A stretch of DNA of 62,372 nt from a virus. The DNA lies in IMG/VR virus record IMGVR_UViG_3300001202_000002, positions 1 through 62,372 of that record. One strand, 5' to 3'. Shown piece by piece: positions 24,010 to 34,169 of the stretch. The notes beneath the pieces were generated by a model. It was not told the origin of the DNA, ran no database searches, and worked only from the letters and a program-made list of their open reading frames with translations. Position numbers and translations under genes: made by a program. How positions within the stretch are numbered: position 1 is the first letter of the stretch; the number at the start of each line of letters is the position of its first letter.

Positions 24010-25116
24010 CGCTGGGGTAAACCTCTGCCTTCCCACTTCACCGTACTCTGTATGGTACGTAATCACATCTGCAAATCTCTGACTTATATATCCGCCAGCC
24101 GATGAGTAAGCGTCATGCGCTGCGATGGTTGGATGCATTTCAGCTATCATCAATTGGGACTCCATCATTTCCTTGTGATGGAAATGGCCGATGTGAACGT
24201 AGCGATGCTTCGTAGTTCCGAACATTTCTGGAAACATTCCGGCGATAACTTTATCCAAATCCTTCATTCGTTTCTTATGACCGTGATGATACGCAATCAT
24301 GGTATCCCCGTGCTTATGCGCTCCGTAGGGACTAGGATTAGTATCAACAGTCACACGAGGTTCGTTTTCATAAAACGCTTCCATCATCTCTCGCATCCAT
24401 ATTGATGCAGACAGGTCGTGGTTACCTTCAGCCATTACGATAACAACCTCCGGATACTTCTTAAGCATTAGAGTGACAATCTGTCGCAGCACTCTAATAG
24501 CTACACGCACCACCTTAGCGAAACGTGTGTCCGCATCAAGTACGTGTCCGTGCCCCGGGGTTACTGGCAAGATGCCGTCGAAGTGTAAGAAGTCTCCCAG
24601 TTGCAAAAGCATGCCCACCCTGGCGGCAGGCGCATTAGCAACCGACATACCCATAAACTTCATTAAGAATTCTTCAGCCTTTTTTGTATCCCAGCTTTCG
24701 CCCCCGGTTTCTTCACCCCAGGCAAGCATGCCCAAATGATAATCAGTTACAACGTGAGTGTTAAGAAGAGGTGCTGCGTTATTCAGAGCGCTTAAACTTT
24801 TGGGATCAAACTCTACAGGATCTGCGGGAGGTATGTCTTCACACATGCCTGCAATAATTAGCTTGGCTTGTTCGATTAGCTCTTCAGTTTTCTTATCAGT
24901 CTTAACCCACTTGTTGGTAGGGATAGGATCTCCGATAGGCGCCCCGTCCTCATCGTATCGTTGCTTGTAATAGGTAGATTCACCCTTAACAGGTATGGAT
25001 TCCCCAGGGGTAGCCATACGACCTTCGTCTTGCGCGTCGGCATCGTAGCCATAACGCATAGCATTTTTTCTAATACGTGCGCCAAGTCCCATTACGTTGC
25101 GTTTTGAAATACCCAT
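23992..25116 (-). CDS. calcineurin-like metallophosphoesterase with N-terminal HTH (the reading frame is open upstream to 25260)
   Basis: Phosphoesterase motifs DYH, GDFLHFDG, EGNHD, YHHGH and GHFHH. The upstream in-frame sequence encodes SDRQREFLGLYLDGTPVKAIAEKMGISKRNV (LuxR/sigma-r4-like HTH) but contains no ATG, GTG or TTG. Confidence 0.75.
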   Translation of the reverse strand: MGISKRNVMGLGARIRKNAMRYGYDADAQDEGRMATPGESIPVKGESTYYKQRYDEDGAPIGDPIPTNKWVKTDKKTEELIEQAKLIIAGMCEDIPPADPVEFDPKSLSALNNAAPLLNTHVVTDYHLGMLAWGEETGGESWDTKKAEEFLMKFMGMSVANAPAARVGMLLQLGDFLHFDGILPVTPGHGHVLDADTRFAKVVRVAIRVLRQIVTLMLKKYPEVVIVMAEGNHDLSASIWMREMMEAFYENEPRVTVDTNPSPYGAHKHGDTMIAYHHGHKKRMKDLDKVIAGMFPEMFGTTKHRYVHIGHFHHKEMMESQLMIAEMHPTIAAHDAYSSAGGYISQRFADVITYHTEYGEVGRQRFTPALIRGE

Positions 25117-25303
25117 CTTCTCGGCTATGGCTTTGACCGGGGTGCCGTCAAGGTACAGTCCCAGGAATTCACGTTGACGATCTGAGGTGCAGTACTCAAA
25201 ATGCTTCTCAGTATATGTTCTGTGTCTATTTAAGGAATTGATAGTAATTCTCCAATTGTGTTATTATTGGAACAACCCAACAATATATGGTGATGATAGC
25301 ATA

Positions 25304-26488
25304 ATGAATAACCCGAACAATAGTATTGGTACGCAAATTGGTCCCAAGACCACAGCTGCGGTAGCCGCAGGGACCACATTTGTAGGTCAGGTGCAGTCTG
25401 CTATGGCAATATTCCCCGATGTAGGAGCTATGGACATAGTGTATAACGCACTACAATCCGGTAACTTATCAGCTATCCTTCCCGCTCCCATCGCGGCAGT
25501 CATAGCATACATCGCACGCAAGTCCAAATATCAAGAGCCCCTGGCGAACACGACAGGGGCAGACGCAAAAACAGATGATAACCAAATGCTATTAGAGGCG
25601 GAAATGGATGATCGGTTTGAAAGAGTATGGGAGGCGATTGATCGACTTCGTGAGGACATGAATGAAAATGAAACCTCTAATGATCATGCCTATGCAGAGC
25701 TTAGTAGGCAAGTGGCGCAGATGCAAATACCTGCCTCAGAAATGGGATACACTGATAAATCTATCCTAAATACTCACGGCAGGCGTATAGGTGAATTAGA
25801 GACTAAGCTGAGGCATGCTAACTCTAATTTCGCAAATATAGGATCTCGTCTGGATGAATTGGAAAATTCTTCAGAACCTGTAAAAATAATAACTGATCCT
25901 CAAATAACAGGACCTGTGATAGGGGAGGAGGTAGAGTTTACCGATAAGGAACACGAGCAGCGTGCAGAGGGTGTTGACGACAAAGTAATGGTATTGTCGA
26001 ACCGTGACGACCAGGAACTTCTGGATGACCTTCGCCAACTCATTAAGACCTTACCTAAGCGAAATTTCCGATTTAGCAAGAGATCGGAAGGAAATTTCGA
26101 TAAAGTCCCTGACGAACTAGTTAATATTTTTCGGGAGGTGTTAAAAGAGACTCCGTTTGATTTTGTTGTCACACGAGGATTTGCCACCAGGGAAGAGCAG
26201 GCGGCTCTGATGCGAAAACAGCCCCGCGTAACCTGGACTAAAAACTCCAGACACCTCTACGGCCTGGCGTTGGATATAGCCATATTTGATGAAAATGGCG
26301 AGATTACATGGAAAATGCCATACTATGTTATAGTGGGCGAGATTATTCAAAGAATCGCACAGAGACACGGCGTGGCTGTTACCATAGGAGCAATCCATTG
26401 GAATAAGGATGGACCACATACTGAACTCAAAAAATCAGCGTATCCTGACGATGGTTCCAAGAGAATCGATGATCCTTTCAACTTATAA
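25304..26488 (+). CDS. peptidase M15 (VanY / L-Ala-D-Glu peptidase-like) cell-wall hydrolase with a long N-terminal extension
   Basis: Trimmed to MNNPNNS. The C-terminal domain reads TRGFATREEQAAL...SRHLYGLALD...WNKDGPHTE (H-x6-D ... H zinc site). Confidence 0.75.
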   Translation: MNNPNNSIGTQIGPKTTAAVAAGTTFVGQVQSAMAIFPDVGAMDIVYNALQSGNLSAILPAPIAAVIAYIARKSKYQEPLANTTGADAKTDDNQMLLEAEMDDRFERVWEAIDRLREDMNENETSNDHAYAELSRQVAQMQIPASEMGYTDKSILNTHGRRIGELETKLRHANSNFANIGSRLDELENSSEPVKIITDPQITGPVIGEEVEFTDKEHEQRAEGVDDKVMVLSNRDDQELLDDLRQLIKTLPKRNFRFSKRSEGNFDKVPDELVNIFREVLKETPFDFVVTRGFATREEQAALMRKQPRVTWTKNSRHLYGLALDIAIFDENGEITWKMPYYVIVGEIIQRIAQRHGVAVTIGAIHWNKDGPHTELKKSAYPDDGSKRIDDPFNL

Positions 26489-26501
26489 ATTGGAGACAAA
26501 A

Positions 26502-27071
26502 ATGAAAAACTTATTAACAATAGCATTCGTAGCACTTACCGTGATTTTAACAGGCTGTTCCACATTAGGTGGCGTTGCTAATAAACTGACTGACTCGGAA
26601 CGATTGGAGCAGGTTGCATTCGGACTGGATGTTGTATTTCTGGACAAAGAGTTTGAATCTGCTAAAGAGGCATTGCTGTTTAACAACTGGACTGACGACG
26701 AGCGCGTAGCAGTGGTTGAGCGTATTGAAAATCTACAAAGACTGAAAAATGGCACAGACGCTTTGCTTAAGGGTAGAGTCGAGGGTGTGCAATATGTGAC
26801 AACTCCCGGTGCGTCATTGAAATTGTTAGACGATCTGTCTGAAAATTACAATGCTCTACGTAATCTTTACGTAAACTACTTGGCTAGAGAAGGTTTACCC
26901 GCCGATCCCGAACTAGTTGCGTATAATAATTCGGCAGTGGATGTTCACCAATCTATGGTAGAGTATGTAGTCGACGAGAATAAGGGTATAAAGGTCAAGG
27001 ACTTTGAAAACCTATTAACCTATGTTGCCCGTGGTTTTATATTGTATAAGACGGGTGGTGTGGGTATCTAA
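26502..27071 (+). CDS. lipoprotein (lipobox LTGC)
   Basis: Trimmed to MKNLLTIAFVALTVILTGCS, which follows GGAG. Confidence 0.65.
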   Translation: MKNLLTIAFVALTVILTGCSTLGGVANKLTDSERLEQVAFGLDVVFLDKEFESAKEALLFNNWTDDERVAVVERIENLQRLKNGTDALLKGRVEGVQYVTTPGASLKLLDDLSENYNALRNLYVNYLAREGLPADPELVAYNNSAVDVHQSMVEYVVDENKGIKVKDFENLLTYVARGFILYKTGGVGI

Positions 27072-27496
27072 TGCCTGGGTATACTCAAGGTTACAAGTAC
27101 CGATCTGAGGGGGACATTGCAGTTCAAGTCCCCCTTGAACTTCTTGAAGGGAATATCGAAGTCGATGCAGGGTGGGCTAGAATTTATAGACCATATGCCA
27201 ATGCACCTTTCGCATGGTTATGGATACGTGATGGATATGCGTGGGACGGAGCCAGTGGTCCGGTAGTTGATAGACCTAGTAACATGTTACCGTCGATGGT
27301 CCATGATTGCCTATACCAGTTAATGAGACGGGGTTATATTGGCAAACAACTTCGACATATTGCAGACAGACTCTTCCGGGACATGTGCCACGAAAGAGGT
27401 GTATGGAAGTGGTTGTCCAACGTATACTTGCAAGCTTTAAAACAGTACGGTAGAAACGCTGCCGAAAATCCCAGAACAATTCACGAGATGAAATGA
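27071..27496 (+). CDS. DUF1353-like protein
   Basis: RDGYAWDGASGP...MVHDCLYQL matches the DUF1353 pattern as I recall it. Confidence 0.5.
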   Translation: MPGYTQGYKYRSEGDIAVQVPLELLEGNIEVDAGWARIYRPYANAPFAWLWIRDGYAWDGASGPVVDRPSNMLPSMVHDCLYQLMRRGYIGKQLRHIADRLFRDMCHERGVWKWLSNVYLQALKQYGRNAAENPRTIHEMK

Positions 27497-28068
27497 GTAA
27501 ACAGTTATTACCAAGCGAAGCTGCAGAAACTATGTCTCTGCAGGAACTAGAAGATCTTGCCTTGAAACATATGGGGGATGATCTGCATGTAATAAGACAT
27601 CGAGGGCAAGTAGAGATAGCTCGTGAAATGAGAGCCGTGGCGACCTCGAACATAGCTGACATATTATACGAAGATGCACGAGGGGTTGTTCGTATGAAAC
27701 CCCTGAGTGAGTTACCACGCCACGTTACCGCTGCCATAAAGAAGATAAAAATAAAACGCGATAGGGTTAGAAAGAAAGCTGTCGTGTTCGATGAGAACGG
27801 AGAAATAGAGCCTCAACATGAGGACATGACAGGGGAAGTAGTAGAGCTGGAGCTATGGGATAAGAACGCCTCGCTGGATAAACTCATGCGCCACTACGGT
27901 GGATACGAGGAGGATAACAAACAGACTGCTCAAGGTGCGTCAGCTAATGCAGGGGCTGATCTCGATACTCTTCTGAGTGTTATAGGGGGCCAGGGTTTAC
28001 CGCAACTAGCAGCGCCCGATCTTGAAAATGAAGAAGACGAAATACTACCTGGCGAAGAAGATATCTAA
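27493..28068 (+). CDS. terS: terminase small subunit, C-terminal LPGEEDI tail
   Basis: Lies immediately upstream of TerL. VELELWDKNASLDKLMRHYG resembles the Terminase_2 C-terminal block. Confidence 0.6.
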   Translation: MSKQLLPSEAAETMSLQELEDLALKHMGDDLHVIRHRGQVEIAREMRAVATSNIADILYEDARGVVRMKPLSELPRHVTAAIKKIKIKRDRVRKKAVVFDENGEIEPQHEDMTGEVVELELWDKNASLDKLMRHYGGYEEDNKQTAQGASANAGADLDTLLSVIGGQGLPQLAAPDLENEEDEILPGEEDI

Positions 28069-29693
28069 TGTCAAAAGCAAGTCCAAACATAGGTAAGCAG
28101 GCGCACGAGCACGGGTTAGATGTCCCTCTCGAAGAGAAGATGCTTAAGACTAGTAATCTAGCCGATAGACAGTGGCGCCTCAATAATTTGTATCATGTGT
28201 TGAATGAACAGCGTGACCTTGTAAAGTTTGGTCTGCGACCTCTGCAGAAAGACTTCTATTCGAATTGGTGGTGGAGAAACATACTGCTAAAGAGTCGACA
28301 AATAGGTGGATCAACTCTAATCCAGTTGACCGGATTGGACGGCGCAGTATTTATCCCCAATTTCAAAACAGTAATTATATCTCACAAAAAGGATTCGGCT
28401 GCGGATCTCTTGGAAGAGAATGCGCTACTTCCTTACATGAATCTTCATCCTGAGATTCGTTCTCGTGTAAAGCTGGTAGATAACAACAAAACAACTCTCA
28501 CATTCAGCAATGGATCTTCTGTCGAGGTTACTAACTCCGGACGATCTGGTAACGGTAATTTCCTACATATATCCGAATTTGGATATATTGCTGCCAAACG
28601 TCCTGATATAGCCAGGGAAATAATCGCAGGCACATTGCCCGGATTCCACCAGGGGGCAATGGTGTTTATCGAGTCTACGGCGGAAGGTTCTGACGGACAG
28701 TTCTATGACATGTGCCAGGTGGCTCAGAACATGCAGCTGCAGGGTAAGCGATTGACCGAGATGGATTTTAAATTCCATTTCTATGGTTGGCAAGATAGGC
28801 CGGAAAACTCGGTAACCACTGAAGAGGCTGAATATGTAGATATACCTCCCAGGCTCCAGGTATACTTCGACGAGATAGAGCAGAAAGAGGGGATTATCAC
28901 TACGCCGGAACAAAAGGCTTGGTACACGGTGCAGGAACGAACCCTGCAGCAAGATATGAAAAAGGAACAACCCGCCACACCAAAGGAAGCATTTGAGGCC
29001 AGTGGGGAAGGTAAGATACTTGCTCTGCAGATGGCTCAGATGAGAGAAGACGGTCGAATAACCCAGGTTCCAGCGGTTGTCGGCAGACCTGTGTATATCT
29101 ATTTTGACTTAGGGTTGAATGATGAAACTGCAGTAGGATTCTTTCAACAGCAAGGTACTGGATGGAATTGTATAAAATACATGGAAGGTACTGACGATGG
29201 TCTTATTGAATGGGTTCGTAGAATCCGCGAGATAACAGCTGACAAACGATGGAACGTCGCAGCGTGGATTGGTCCTCATGATATAAAAAAGCGTAGCGGT
29301 GCGACAGGGGATACGATATGGGACGAAGTGTCATACGCAACAGGTATAAAATTTAAAGTTGTGCCCAGGGTATCTAATAAGAAAGTCTCGATTGACAAGC
29401 TTCGTAACAATATGAGTTTGTTGAGATTGGACGAAAAAGAGTGCGAGAAACTTATAAAGCATTTGGATAAGTACCGGTGGGAATTCGACGACATTCGAGC
29501 GGTATATCGTGATAAGCCGTATCATGGTCCAGAGTCAAACGGGGCCGATATGCTACAGACTTGGGCTATGTATGTAAGTAGTGAACAGCGCCACGACGAG
29601 TTGCTGGCGATGGGTAGACCTGACCGCCACGGACCATCACAAGGAGGTCACGCAAGATCTCCTTCCAATAACTCAATGCGAGGGTTCATGTAG
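28068..29693 (+). CDS. terL: terminase large subunit
   Basis: Walker-A-like LLKSRQIGGSTL, plus size and position before the portal gene. Confidence 0.8.
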   Translation: MSKASPNIGKQAHEHGLDVPLEEKMLKTSNLADRQWRLNNLYHVLNEQRDLVKFGLRPLQKDFYSNWWWRNILLKSRQIGGSTLIQLTGLDGAVFIPNFKTVIISHKKDSAADLLEENALLPYMNLHPEIRSRVKLVDNNKTTLTFSNGSSVEVTNSGRSGNGNFLHISEFGYIAAKRPDIAREIIAGTLPGFHQGAMVFIESTAEGSDGQFYDMCQVAQNMQLQGKRLTEMDFKFHFYGWQDRPENSVTTEEAEYVDIPPRLQVYFDEIEQKEGIITTPEQKAWYTVQERTLQQDMKKEQPATPKEAFEASGEGKILALQMAQMREDGRITQVPAVVGRPVYIYFDLGLNDETAVGFFQQQGTGWNCIKYMEGTDDGLIEWVRRIREITADKRWNVAAWIGPHDIKKRSGATGDTIWDEVSYATGIKFKVVPRVSNKKVSIDKLRNNMSLLRLDEKECEKLIKHLDKYRWEFDDIRAVYRDKPYHGPESNGADMLQTWAMYVSSEQRHDELLAMGRPDRHGPSQGGHARSPSNNSMRGFM

Positions 29694-30128
29694 ATGCCTC
29701 ATTCATGCCCAGAAGCTCGCAAGGCTTATCACAGAGAATATGCCCGTAAGAATAGAGAAAGAATTCGAAAGCATAAATCTAAGTGGAATAAAAATAACAC
29801 GAAGTACTTCAGGGAGAAATATCATAACGATGTGAACCATAGGTTGGCCGCATCAGTTAGAAACAGATTGAATAGAGTTATTAGTTCCGGTAGGGCTATG
29901 AGACACTTGGGTTGTACTATCGAAGAACTAAAGTTATGGCTAGAATCTCAATTCGAAACAGGCATGACATGGGATAATAGATCGGAATGGCATATAGACC
30001 ACATCTTACCGTTAGCGGAATTTGATTTGAGCAACTCCGAAGAACGAGACGTTGCCTGCCACTTTACTAACTTGCAACCCTTATGGGCTGCAGACAACTT
30101 AGAAAAAGGAACACAATTATGCAAATAG
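29694..30128 (+). CDS. HNH endonuclease (paralog 1), basic N-terminal repeats
   Basis: WHIDHILPLAEF...TNLQPLWAADNLEKG. Confidence 0.85.
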   Translation: MPHSCPEARKAYHREYARKNRERIRKHKSKWNKNNTKYFREKYHNDVNHRLAASVRNRLNRVISSGRAMRHLGCTIEELKLWLESQFETGMTWDNRSEWHIDHILPLAEFDLSNSEERDVACHFTNLQPLWAADNLEKGTQLCK

Positions 30129-30553
30129 AAATGACAGATGCGCAAATAATTCAGGCCATGACGGGATTAATGTCTGCCCTTGCCTGGCGAGATCATCCCG
30201 CATTAGACAATTCGGATATTCGCCCCCATCTAGTGGGGGATACAGGATGTTGGGTAGATCCCGATATCCAGGGTGATGAAAATGGCCCTGCGGACGAATA
30301 TATCGGTATAGCATTTTTCATAAGAGATGCTGTAGACGACGATACGGGAATGCCGTTCGTAACCGGCATGAAGATTCATAAACCCAGTTTCTGCGCTGAT
30401 CCCAAGACTTATGCCATGAGGGCTGCGATGAACATGTCCAAAGGTATCGGCAAGATGCAGGGTGAGATGCATGCCACCGCCAAACGCAACAGTAGAAAGA
30501 TAAAAGCCCAGCTGGAATCAGGGTTTATGGGGATAAATGACAGGCTAGATTAA
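30119..30553 (+). CDS. hypothetical protein
   Basis: Track ORF trimmed to MQIEMTD. Confidence 0.5.
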   Translation: MQIEMTDAQIIQAMTGLMSALAWRDHPALDNSDIRPHLVGDTGCWVDPDIQGDENGPADEYIGIAFFIRDAVDDDTGMPFVTGMKIHKPSFCADPKTYAMRAAMNMSKGIGKMQGEMHATAKRNSRKIKAQLESGFMGINDRLD

Positions 30554-30606
30554 GTGTGTTATGATAGGCGGATCTAATTCTGTCTGATTGAGAGGGCTGT
30601 CACAAA

Positions 30607-33171
30607 ATGCTAGCAATGAAGGGGGTAACCCAAGCGCTTGAGGAGCGTGCCGAACGCGCTGCTGAATTACACGGCGATGGGTCTGTAAAGCTCACGGATG
30701 AGCTTCCAATAAACTCCCAGCTGGTATCGAGAATCCGAAACGATTGGTATCGAAATCGAACTAATAAATACATCATTGAGCGTCGAATGCTCAACTCACT
30801 ACGCGCGCGCAAAGGTGAGTATTCCCCAGGAAAACTAGGCGAGATAGCACAGAGCGGTAGTGGTTCACGTCTTTACGTGAAACTCACTACGGCGAAGATT
30901 CGAACAGCTATAGCCCACATTAAATCCGTCATGATGCCCACCGGCAGCTGGTCACACGGAGTTAAGCCCACTAAAGAACCTAACATGCCGCCGTGGATGA
31001 TTGACGAGGCAGCGCAATATCTTCAGCAAAATCCCATGTTCCTCGACGAACAAGGTCGACCAGTCGAACTTGAGAAACAGGCTGATAATCTCGAACACAT
31101 GATTCGAGTTGAGCTTCAACGTAAAGCCAAGCAGTCAGCACGTCGAATGGAACGAAAGATATACGACCAGATGCAGGAAGGTGGCTGGCGGAAAGCTCTA
31201 TCAGATTTCATAGACGATCTTTGCACATATCAGGCTGCGTTCATGAAAGGTCCGTACTTTGTTAATAAGGCACGGCTATCTTATGCGATGACTCCTGACG
31301 GGCAGTTCCTTCCTACACGAACAATAGAACCTGTGATGCATTGGAGAACTATCGATCCTTTCGATGCGTACCCTGCGCCAGGAGCCGATAGTGTGCATAA
31401 AGGTTCATTCATTGAACGACTTCGCATTACTCGCGAGGAACTGTACGCGATGAAAGAAACTCCCGATGTGTATGACTCGGATGCTATTGATCGTGTTATT
31501 GAAATGAATTTCAACGAAAAGCTTGATAATTGGCTGTGGACCGATAGCGAAAGACATCGCATAGCCGATCACACATTTTTCTGGTATGCACAAACTACAG
31601 ATTTCGATGGATTGCACTGGTACGGCGAGGCTTTGGGTTCGGAGCTTATTGAGCACGGTGTGCCTGCGTCACAGATAGATGACCTTAACAGACCTTATCA
31701 GGTTGACGCAATTCTCATTGGGAACGAGATCATAAAAGCTACGTTGAACACAGATCCTCTTTACCGCAGAAATGTGACTAGCTCGTGCTACGAAAACACC
31801 CCGGGGACTGTATTCGGCAACTCTATCGCCGATCTGATGGAAGAGGATCAGTCGATGATTAACTCCTCCGCCAGAGCTCTACAGAACAACCTGGCGCACT
31901 CGTCAGGATTCCAGGTAGAAGTGGACTACACCCGATTGCACCCCAACACTGATCCGAACGATATCTATCCGTTCAAGATATGGCAGGGTAAAGAATCCGA
32001 GCACAGCGGTGATCGACCGGTCGCACGTTTCTTCCAGCCGAAGTCCAATGCGTCGGAACTTATTGCAGTCATGCAGAAGTGGTCTGAATTGGCCGATATA
32101 CATACCGGTATACCGAGCTTCCTGCATGGGGGAGCTTCTCCTGAGACATCCTCTACAGCTAAGGCTGCGCAGATGTTGAAAGACGATAGTGCGAAGCTGT
32201 TACGATCTGCAATAATAAATGTGGATGAGGACATGGTTACACCTAACGTTGAGTTTGTTTACGATTGGAATATGCTGTACGACGACGATCAGTCGATTAA
32301 AGGTGACACGCAGGTTTGTGCGAAGGGAATGAACGCGGCATTACAACGTGAAGGCGCACGACAGCAACACATGGCTCTACTGGATCTCACATCAAATCCT
32401 GAAGATCGTGAACTGCTTGGAGATGAGAAGCGGATTACGATTATGCGCAATCTCATGGATACGTTTGAGGAAATCGATACGGATGAGATCATACCCACCG
32501 ACGATGAGATCCAGTTCCGTCTTGCACAACGAGCGGCGGCACCTCCTCCGCCCGATCCGCAAATGGAAAAGATTGCTGCTGATCGCGAAATCAATGCGGC
32601 CAAATTGGAGCTGGAAAGAGAGAAGCTTGCCAACGCCGAGGAACAACGCCTGGCGGATAGCGCAATCAAGCTTCAGTTGGCCAACATAGACCGTGAGACG
32701 CGCATACAGGTCAGTCAGGACGATCTCGATAAGAAGATGCAGAATGAGATCATAAAACTACGTGCGGCCCGACACAGCGCCTTTGAGATAAGCCAGTTGG
32801 ACATTGAAAAGGAACGCATGAAGCTGGAAGCTAAAGCTCGTGAAAAGGTGCAGGATTTGCGGAACCAGTTGGCATTACAGAAACAATCTGAAAAGGCTGG
32901 CATGCAGCCTGCCGAAACCGCGATAGATAAGGATGGGATTGACGCCGCAGTGCAGGCAGCACTAATGCCTCTTGTGACAGAGTTCAAAAAGGAATCGTTA
33001 GACGCCATCGACCGTGTAGCACAAATGCTAAATCGTGAAGCAGGTCTCAGCGGAGACATAAACGTAGCTGTTAACCTTCCGGATTGCAAGCCTGGTAAAA
33101 AGCATGTGACCGCTACACGCGACGCACAGGGCAATCTCCAGGCTACAATAACTCCGGAAGGTGATAAATGA
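30607..33171 (+). CDS. portal protein (putative) with a long C-terminal coiled coil
   Basis: 854 aa, downstream of TerL, with a coiled-coil tail APPPPDPQMEKIAADREINAAKLELEREKL... The call rests on position, not motifs. Confidence 0.6.
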   Translation: MLAMKGVTQALEERAERAAELHGDGSVKLTDELPINSQLVSRIRNDWYRNRTNKYIIERRMLNSLRARKGEYSPGKLGEIAQSGSGSRLYVKLTTAKIRTAIAHIKSVMMPTGSWSHGVKPTKEPNMPPWMIDEAAQYLQQNPMFLDEQGRPVELEKQADNLEHMIRVELQRKAKQSARRMERKIYDQMQEGGWRKALSDFIDDLCTYQAAFMKGPYFVNKARLSYAMTPDGQFLPTRTIEPVMHWRTIDPFDAYPAPGADSVHKGSFIERLRITREELYAMKETPDVYDSDAIDRVIEMNFNEKLDNWLWTDSERHRIADHTFFWYAQTTDFDGLHWYGEALGSELIEHGVPASQIDDLNRPYQVDAILIGNEIIKATLNTDPLYRRNVTSSCYENTPGTVFGNSIADLMEEDQSMINSSARALQNNLAHSSGFQVEVDYTRLHPNTDPNDIYPFKIWQGKESEHSGDRPVARFFQPKSNASELIAVMQKWSELADIHTGIPSFLHGGASPETSSTAKAAQMLKDDSAKLLRSAIINVDEDMVTPNVEFVYDWNMLYDDDQSIKGDTQVCAKGMNAALQREGARQQHMALLDLTSNPEDRELLGDEKRITIMRNLMDTFEEIDTDEIIPTDDEIQFRLAQRAAAPPPPDPQMEKIAADREINAAKLELEREKLANAEEQRLADSAIKLQLANIDRETRIQVSQDDLDKKMQNEIIKLRAARHSAFEISQLDIEKERMKLEAKAREKVQDLRNQLALQKQSEKAGMQPAETAIDKDGIDAAVQAALMPLVTEFKKESLDAIDRVAQMLNREAGLSGDINVAVNLPDCKPGKKHVTATRDAQGNLQATITPEGDK

Positions 33172-34169
33172 GTGGCTTTGGCGTAGCGTTCGGATTAACT
33201 GAAGAGGACATTGACGAGCAGATTGCTGTTGCGTTTGATGATCCTTTACTACAACCTTGGGTTGTAGACTCAGCTACGGTAATATCTTACGGGGGAGCTA
33301 TTATAGACAGCGACCCCGGGTTTGATTGCGCTTGGAGATTCCAGAACGACACCGGGGCAGATTTCTGCATAACTCAGGTTGGAGATAATGGTTCGGCATT
33401 CTTACGATTAGAAAAAGCCACAGGCGCCATTGATTCAGAAACCCCAGCTGCCGCAGGACAATTCATTGGCGCATTATCGTTCGCAGGATACGATGGTGCA
33501 ATCTACGATAATAACGCTCTCATTGTGGGTATATCCGCAGAAACACATAGCGCGGTGGCCAAGGGTACTCGACTAGAATTCTCAGTTACTGAAATAGGTA
33601 CCGACGCCTTTTTCACTTCCGTTGTTTTTGAAGACAACGGGGATGTGACATTCACAGATTATACCGACGCCAGGGATGACGGATTTACCGACAAGGCTAT
33701 TCATGGGGCAGACGCACAGGGAACACTTGATCAGAGCCGCATACTTGTTCCCGGACAAGTGGTTGCGTTTACCGGACCCGAAGACGATCTCAACGATACC
33801 ACTACGTTTGAAGAGGTATTAGAACTAAGTATGCCTGGCGACCTCCCAGCAGGTAGATATCAAATGGAAGCCCGAGCTCTTGTGTCTATCGATGCTACAG
33901 GGGGAGATTATGAGAGTAGATTATTATTACAAGGTGCAGCACAGGGACCCTCATTCCGCAGGGAAGGAAAAGATGCTGCGGGTATAGGTCTGGGTGTAGA
34001 TGGAGACAATAGCGGTACAGATCAGAGAGTGAGTATGCTATTATCTGTGATACGAAACCAGTCAGCCAATTCGACAGATACTCTTACTTATGAACACAGA
34101 AGCTCCACTAACGGCGTGGAAGCTACTTGTTTCGAATTAGTACTCATTATTAGGTATATGGGACCATGA
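33168..34169 (+). CDS. virion-module protein (fibre or decoration-like)
   Basis: Track ORF with 4-nt overlaps. The segment GALSFAGYDG...TRLEFSVTE resembles fibre repeats. Confidence 0.55.
   Translation: MSGFGVAFGLTEEDIDEQIAVAFDDPLLQPWVVDSATVISYGGAIIDSDPGFDCAWRFQNDTGADFCITQVGDNGSAFLRLEKATGAIDSETPAAAGQFIGALSFAGYDGAIYDNNALIVGISAETHSAVAKGTRLEFSVTEIGTDAFFTSVVFEDNGDVTFTDYTDARDDGFTDKAIHGADAQGTLDQSRILVPGQVVAFTGPEDDLNDTTTFEEVLELSMPGDLPAGRYQMEARALVSIDATGGDYESRLLLQGAAQGPSFRREGKDAAGIGLGVDGDNSGTDQRVSMLLSVIRNQSANSTDTLTYEHRSSTNGVEATCFELVLIIRYMGP

Noticed and set aside
25187-25303. N-terminal extension of the M15 peptidase ORF (track start 25187)
   Set aside because: It overlaps the opposite-strand sequence that encodes a clean HTH. 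The extension (MQYSKCFSVYVLCLF...) looks non-genic, so the ATG at 25304 is preferred.
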